A stretch of 64,000 bases of DNA from Bugula neritina (Eukaryota > Animalia > Bryozoa): NCBI GenBank assembly GCA_964035545.1, contig OZ037767.1, positions 8,194,581 to 8,258,580 on the forward strand, given 5' to 3'. This document shows, one piece after another, positions 58,501-64,000 of this stretch. Made by a program: the position numbers and the translations under genes. Every line of letters starts with the position of its first letter. The stretch's first letter is position 1. Under the pieces are notes generated by a model. It was not told where the DNA came from. It saw only the letters and a program-made list of their open reading frames with translations, and searched no databases.

Positions 58501-61500
58501 TGATGATGGACAGAGTTTTAGTAAGAGTGTTGGTAGCTTCTGTATTGCTGATGGTGGATGGAGTTTCAGTAAATGTGTTGGCAGCTTCAGTGTTGCTGAT
58601 GGTGGACAGAGTTTTAGTAGGTGTGTTAGCAGTTTCAGTATTGCTGATGGTGGACAGAGTCTTAGTATGAGTGTTGGCAGTTTCAGTATTGCTGATGGTG
58701 GGTGGAGTTTTAGTAAGTGTTTTGGTAGCTTCAGTATTGCTGATGGTGGACGGAGTTTTAGTAAGTGTGTTAGCAGCTTCACTATTGCTGATGGTGGACA
58801 GAGTTTTAGTAAGAGTGTTGGTAGCTTCTGTATTGCTGATGATGGACAGAGTTTTAGTAAGTGTTTTGGTAGCTTCAGTATTGCTGATGGTGGACGGAGT
58901 TTTAGTAAGTGTGTTGGCAGCTTGCGTATTGCTGATGGTGGATGGAGTTTCAGCAAATTTGTTAGCAGCTTCAGTGTTGCTGATGGTGGACAGAGTTTTA
59001 GTAGGTGTGTTAGCAGTTTCAGTATTGCTGATAGTGGACAAAGTTTTAGTATGAGTGTTGGCAGTTTCAGTATTGCTGATGGTGGGTGGAGTTTTAGTAA
59101 GTGTTTTGGTAGCTTCAGTATTGCTGATGGTGGACGGAGTTTTAGTAAGAGTGTTGGTAGCTTCTGTATTGCTGATGGTGAACAGAGTTTTAGTAAGAGT
59201 GTTGGTAGCTTCTGTATTGCTGATGATGGACAGAGTTTTAGTTAGTGTTTTGGTAGCTTCAGTATTGCTGATGGTAGACGGAGTTTTAGTAAGTGTGGTG
59301 GCAGCTTGTGTATTGCTGATAGTGGACAGAGTTTCAGTAACTGTTTTACCAGCTTCAGTATTGCTGATGGTGGACAGAGTTTTGGTAAGTGTGTTAGCAG
59401 CTTTACTATTGCTGATGGTGGGTGGAGTAAAAGTTGGTGTATTTTCAACTTCTATGCTGCTGGTCATAGTTGGAGTATAGGTAAATGTATTATCAGTTTT
59501 TATGTTGCTGGCTGTTTCATCAGTAGAGGTAAGTGTACTAATAGTTTCCATGTTGCTGGTAGTTGCCTCAGTAAATGTATGTGTACTTATAGTTTCTATG
59601 TTGCTGGTGGTTGCCTCAGTAGAGGTTGGTGTCTTTGTCATCTCAATATTGTTAGTAGCAGATTGAGACTTTGTAGGTTCAATTGGCATAGAAGTTAGGG
59701 AAGAGGTTTCTACAATTGTTTTGAACAATAGTATTAAACTCAAAGACTAGTAATGCTGCTTCAGACATGATAAAGTACAATTTCTATTAAATAATCACTT
59801 TTTTAACCTTTTGTGAATAATATCTCAAAATTTTATAAATAATAACAATTGCATAAATTATTTAAGAAATAGATAACTTGATGATTCATTTTTAGTCAAT
59901 TGTTTCTAAAATATTACCTCTATTACTTAGACAGACATAAACAGCAAATATAACTTAGATCTACCGGTTGTTTAAAACAATGATCACATGTTGCTTTTCT
60001 GTGATTTTTCTAATTGCCTATGATAATATCTAACTACAGCTTCTTCATGTGGAATATTTCAGTTCTTAATTCAATTATCTGCATAAATATACGAGCATAG
60101 TATTTTAAAAGCTATGGTAAATTCTATCTCTGATAAAAGTTATTACTCATTGATACTAAAGTTGCAAAGCTGAAAAATTTGTGGTTTTATTTTTATATCG
60201 TGTAAACAAAGTTAATTCTCAAATTGCAAAGTTGGTTTTAAATTTGAGTTTCTTTAGCATTAATATGTTAACATAATATTATTCATGCAGCCCCTTTTCT
60301 GTTTATGTTACACAATCTAATACTACACTCTATATTTCTGCTTCTTGTGTCATCTTTATTTAATCCTGACAAATGGCTATCTCAAACCACTTCTCGTCAT
60401 AGATTTTCTTATTTTACTTCTATTCTTTTTACACAACTAATTGTTATTTTTCCAAATAATTTCATCTTTAGAGAATCCTATCTACCCTTGTCATTCCCAT
60501 ATTCACCTAAGGCCTTCTCAAAATTTTTCTAGTGGTGTGTTTTACTGCCTCTATATAGTTACAAGAACTTTGCTTAGAACCTATTACATACTTTCTTTAC
60601 TGAAATAATAAAATTAAGCGTGAAACATTTACCGACACCAATAATAGTTGCAGTGCGATGAATAAAGGTGTACTGCTCAAATTGTCTCATACCAAACAGT
60701 ATAGCAAGGTGCTCAGATCTAGAGGGCTGAATATTCAGTCAAAATTAGAATTTACATACTGCCACAAGTTTGCCTGCATATGCACGTAAGAGTTACATTT
60801 ATCTAATAATTTAAAGCTTTTTATAGTTGATAATTTCTTACAATTACAATTTTATGTGAGTTTATAGTTGCTAAATCTATGAGAGCCTTTGTGGAAAGAG
60901 TATTTTCAAAGAAGGCTGTGGAATTTTTCTAATGTGACACATATGAATCATTATGACTAGATGCTCTTTCTAGCATCACCGTCTGTGTTTGAACTTCAAC
61001 CACTACTTCCTGTTCACTAGGCTATTTTGACAGACTCTTAGAATATACCATACACATCATACCTTTTATTATTTTTTTCCAAGTACTCCAATGATGTGCG
61101 TTGCAATTGATATGAAAATTATTACTGCTCGATTTTCACAAAATTTCTTTTCAAATATGCACCTAAAGTGTCACTGTTTTTAGTTTTGTGTTTTTACATG
61201 ATTGTCCTTTCTAGGTTTGCCAACACCAGGCTACCGCATACCGTTATGCCTTTGGGGTTTATGGTTGAATGAATATTGTCTGTTGTATAGAGTACCACTG
61301 CCATTTCCATTTTAGCACTTAAATTTTGTTTTTCTAGCTATGGCATCTTGTAACAGTTGATGTCCATGATTCTTTACTGATCGGTCACTAATTGTACTTT
61401 GATCTGAATAGCTTTCCAATACTTTAAACCAAAGTTTGCAGGTCTGTCAAATGGTATTCTGCTGAAGTTTCATTGTCTAAGATGTCATACATGTATCCTG

Positions 61501-62812
61501 CGGCATAAAGTAAGTCTCTGATGAATTGCTCTAGAACTTCCAAAAAATTTTATCTTTCATACAGAAATGTTTACAGCATCCTAATTCAATCAATGAAATT
61601 TGCAGATAGCTTTTTGCAGGCTCCTGTCAAATGCTTTGATTTGTTATGTTAATTCAAAATATTTATTTATCTTTCAAATGAAAAAAAATTCAAACAAGGT
61701 CATCATGTAGCTTTGAATAAGATCTACTGATAGTTTGTTGATCTCCTACATTGATTTTCTTAATCTGTCAACTTTCAATAAGTAGATGCTGACTAGTGCG
61801 ATTAGATTTTAAATAAAAGTTTCCAACTGTAGCTTAATTTGAAGATTGTGAAGCTTGAGATTGTTGCTTCATTTTATTTTCCACTGACTGAGATAGTTAT
61901 TCATTTAGTTTCTGAATGTTTTCTCTGCAACTTCATTTGCTCTTTTTGCTGTGTTAGCTATATTTGGTTATCAAAGAAGTTAGCTGTTCTGTATGTGGAA
62001 CAGTGTAGTTAGGCGGTGTGTATACGTCTTGTTGTGTGAATGAGCTTTAATAATAGGAGCTTTGAGGTACTTTATATTGTCTGTTGCAAAGTAGAAGATT
62101 GAAAAAAGATTTTTCCAGCTGATTACATTCTGATCACCAAAACTGTTGTGCTCTCATACTTTTCATTTTAAAGTACAAAACTGGACTTAAATAAAAACAT
62201 AGCAGATATGTAAAATTTAGCTGTGAGAGCTATATAATATATAGCAATAGCAAAAAGTATAATTTATATAAGAACATAGCAAATTATTTTAATGCTATTA
62301 TATAAAGTTTGTTAATCAGCACAGCTACAACATAAGTATTTGAAAAAACAGCTTGAACATTAAATATTGTAAACAAAATACTATGTCGATGCAGCCTGCA
62401 TAAAAACATCTGCAAGCTAGATAGGTGTCAGAATTTTGTTTCTCAAGTTTATTCTCACTGATCAATTGTAAATATAAAATAATATCATCTGATTTAACAG
62501 TAATTGTTAATTAAATTGATGATTTTGCATGTAACATAGTGACTACATCAAGGTAACCATAATAGTTTCTTTAAATATAACATGATTTTATATGCTACTG
62601 TAATATATTGAGACAATAAATACCTGAACAGTCTGGAAATGTTGTGTCTTTACATTGACATTCAAAGCATGAGCTACACCCATCCTGTTCCTTACAGTGA
62701 CAGTCATCTCTACAGACACAAGTATCTCCACAGGTGAACCCTTTACAGCCAGAAAGACAAACCACCTCCTCATACCAAACTAGACTTACTTGACTCAGAT
62801 CTGCAGAGTAAT
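49549..62812 (-). CDS. Mucin-like membrane glycoprotein: Cys-rich N-terminal module, ~1000-aa Thr/Ser repeat stalk, two Cys-rich (EB/EGF-like) modules, TM helix, Arg-rich tail; 5' exons uncertain
   Basis: Phase-consistent chain 56539-59709, 55592-55650, 54459-54538, 53520-53602, 52850-53008, 52241-52399, 50633-50800 (TM: YFIYAFSAIFTIVVCRYIVM), 50275-50345, 49549-49626. The upstream Cys-rich exon 62624-62812 is phase-compatible. A signal-peptide-like exon MNFFILLSMWLEIVSQA at 63554-63637 could not be joined with certainty. Confidence 0.75.
54127..54335 (+). mobile_element. tRNA-derived SINE (best-preserved copy)
   Basis: Pol III A-box-like GTGGTTTAGGGGTTAG and B box GGTTCGAGCCC, followed by a non-tRNA body shared with the copies at 42943-43147 and ~60945-61030. 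Confidence 0.85.
55075..55277. repeat. 9-bp tandem repeat (AGGTAGCTA)n, degenerate
   Basis: Read directly. Confidence 0.9.
56863..59430 (-). repeat. Coding 48-bp VNTR (~53 copies; 16-aa unit TISNTEATNTLTKTLS)
   Basis: TATTGCTGATGGTGG recurs every 48 bp; translation is in the 1079-aa ORF. Confidence 0.97.
60945..61030 (-). mobile_element. Degenerate SINE fragment of the same family
   Basis: ATTATGACTAGATGCTCTTTCTAGCATCACCG matches the core of the 43K copy (ATTATGACTGGATGCTCTTCCTAGCAACACCG). Confidence 0.6.
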
Positions 62813-64000
62813 CTGAAAAAAATATTATTGCATTATTCAAGTACATTACATCAAAATATTATTAAAAATTTATTAATTTGACATCAAACAATATATTTGC
62901 TTTATTAGTGTGAACCATCAGCAAAACACATTTAAGATAAGGTAATTTAATTGAAACTATAAAAAGCATATGCCACATGCATATGTCTTGCATATAGCGA
63001 AACACGCGACATATCTGCTAACCAAAATAACTTTTGCTGAAGCTTGCTTCAAGAGAACAGCCAGAAACACTACGAGCAGACAGTAATCCGACAGTAATAC
63101 TTTAAAGACTAATGTATTGACAAAAACAAGCTGCATATACTAATTTCCAGCAAATACGGATATATAACACACCTGCTCGGAACTAGATAAACGGACTCTA
63201 AAAATGGTATGTTGAAATAAAATGTGCTGGGCTACTATCAAGTCTAAAAGTTGGCACTAGAGGTCAACAAGTTTAACATTTTCAACAACTGTCTTACTCT
63301 ATACTAAAAAAGTACTTTTAAAAATCAATAGCAAATCCTATAATAAGATAGTAGAAGGAACAGCTGTAGTCTAGAGCATTTGCCTAGCAAGCATGAAGCC
63401 ATGGATTTTGTTTTGAATATCAAGACTATATTAGTTCAAATAAGCTAGTATCCCCAAATCTTTTTTTCAAGCACATTACTTTGAGGCAGCTTTAGCAAAA
63501 GCGACTTTGATCAGTTTTAAATTGCAATAAAAACAATTGCAGTGTGATTATACCTGTTGGTGATAAGACAACATATTTCGCTTCGGTGCTTGGCTCACAA
63601 TTTCTAACCACATAGAAAGTAAGATAAAAAAATTCATCAAAAATTTCTAGTTCTCTAGGTAATTTTTTAGCGCAGCCACATCTAAAAATTACAATAGTAA
63701 ATTTGCTTGAACTTTTTAGCTGTGTTTGTTGTTTTAATTAATTTATATCAATAATTTATATAATATAAAACATGGTATTGTAAATTTTACTTACATATGT
63801 CCCAATGAATGTACATAAAGCACTGAGAATTTATTAGTTGGCAATTTAAAAAATAAAAATTCATTAAAAGATTGGTCAAAGTCAGTAAATGTTTCTTCTG
63901 GTAACTCATTAATCTGAAAAATAAAATTGAAAAAGTGTATAACTTGCAGCGTATAAATGCATTAATAAATGTATTTTAGTAAAAAGTATAGTGAGGTACT

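Noticed and set aside
56838-59698. Long alternative-frame and antisense ORFs (698 aa LLKLCPPSA..., 399 aa VLLMVD...)
   Set aside because: Automatic consequence of a stop-poor 48-bp repeat; no splice or start evidence.
59960-60780. Additional mucin-gene exons near 59965-60078 and 60635-60727
   Set aside because: Splice-like sites exist, but I could not find a stop-free, phase-consistent path through them.

Overview
AT-rich, intron-rich genomic DNA from an invertebrate metazoan; most short entries in the ORF track are exon fragments or noise. Six spliced genes were assembled by hand from splice-site phase. (1) A minus-strand ankyrin-repeat protein built from two tandem homologous modules, running off the left edge. 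(2) A head-to-head GCN2/EIF2AK4 gene with 33 coding exons (9930-29727). (3) TOMM20. (4) An unrecognised ~371-aa Ser/Lys-rich protein starting ~150 bp after the TOMM20 poly(A) signal. (5) A TMEM196-like four-TM protein on the minus strand. (6) A minus-strand mucin-like membrane protein with a 3.2-kb exon of 48-bp repeats and Cys-rich modules. Mobile DNA comprises a full-length but inactivated Tc1 transposon and a MITE in GCN2 introns, plus several copies of a tRNA-derived SINE. The most unusual signals are non-coding: 'drifting' 6-bp-periodic sequence in the first introns beside the promoters, and tandem repeats anchored exactly on splice sites, including an array with 15 perfect TACTAAC motifs. 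Other points of note are uORFs before GCN2 and a GC-AG intron. No prokaryote-type system (CRISPR etc.) is present. All coordinates were read by eye and no database searches were run.
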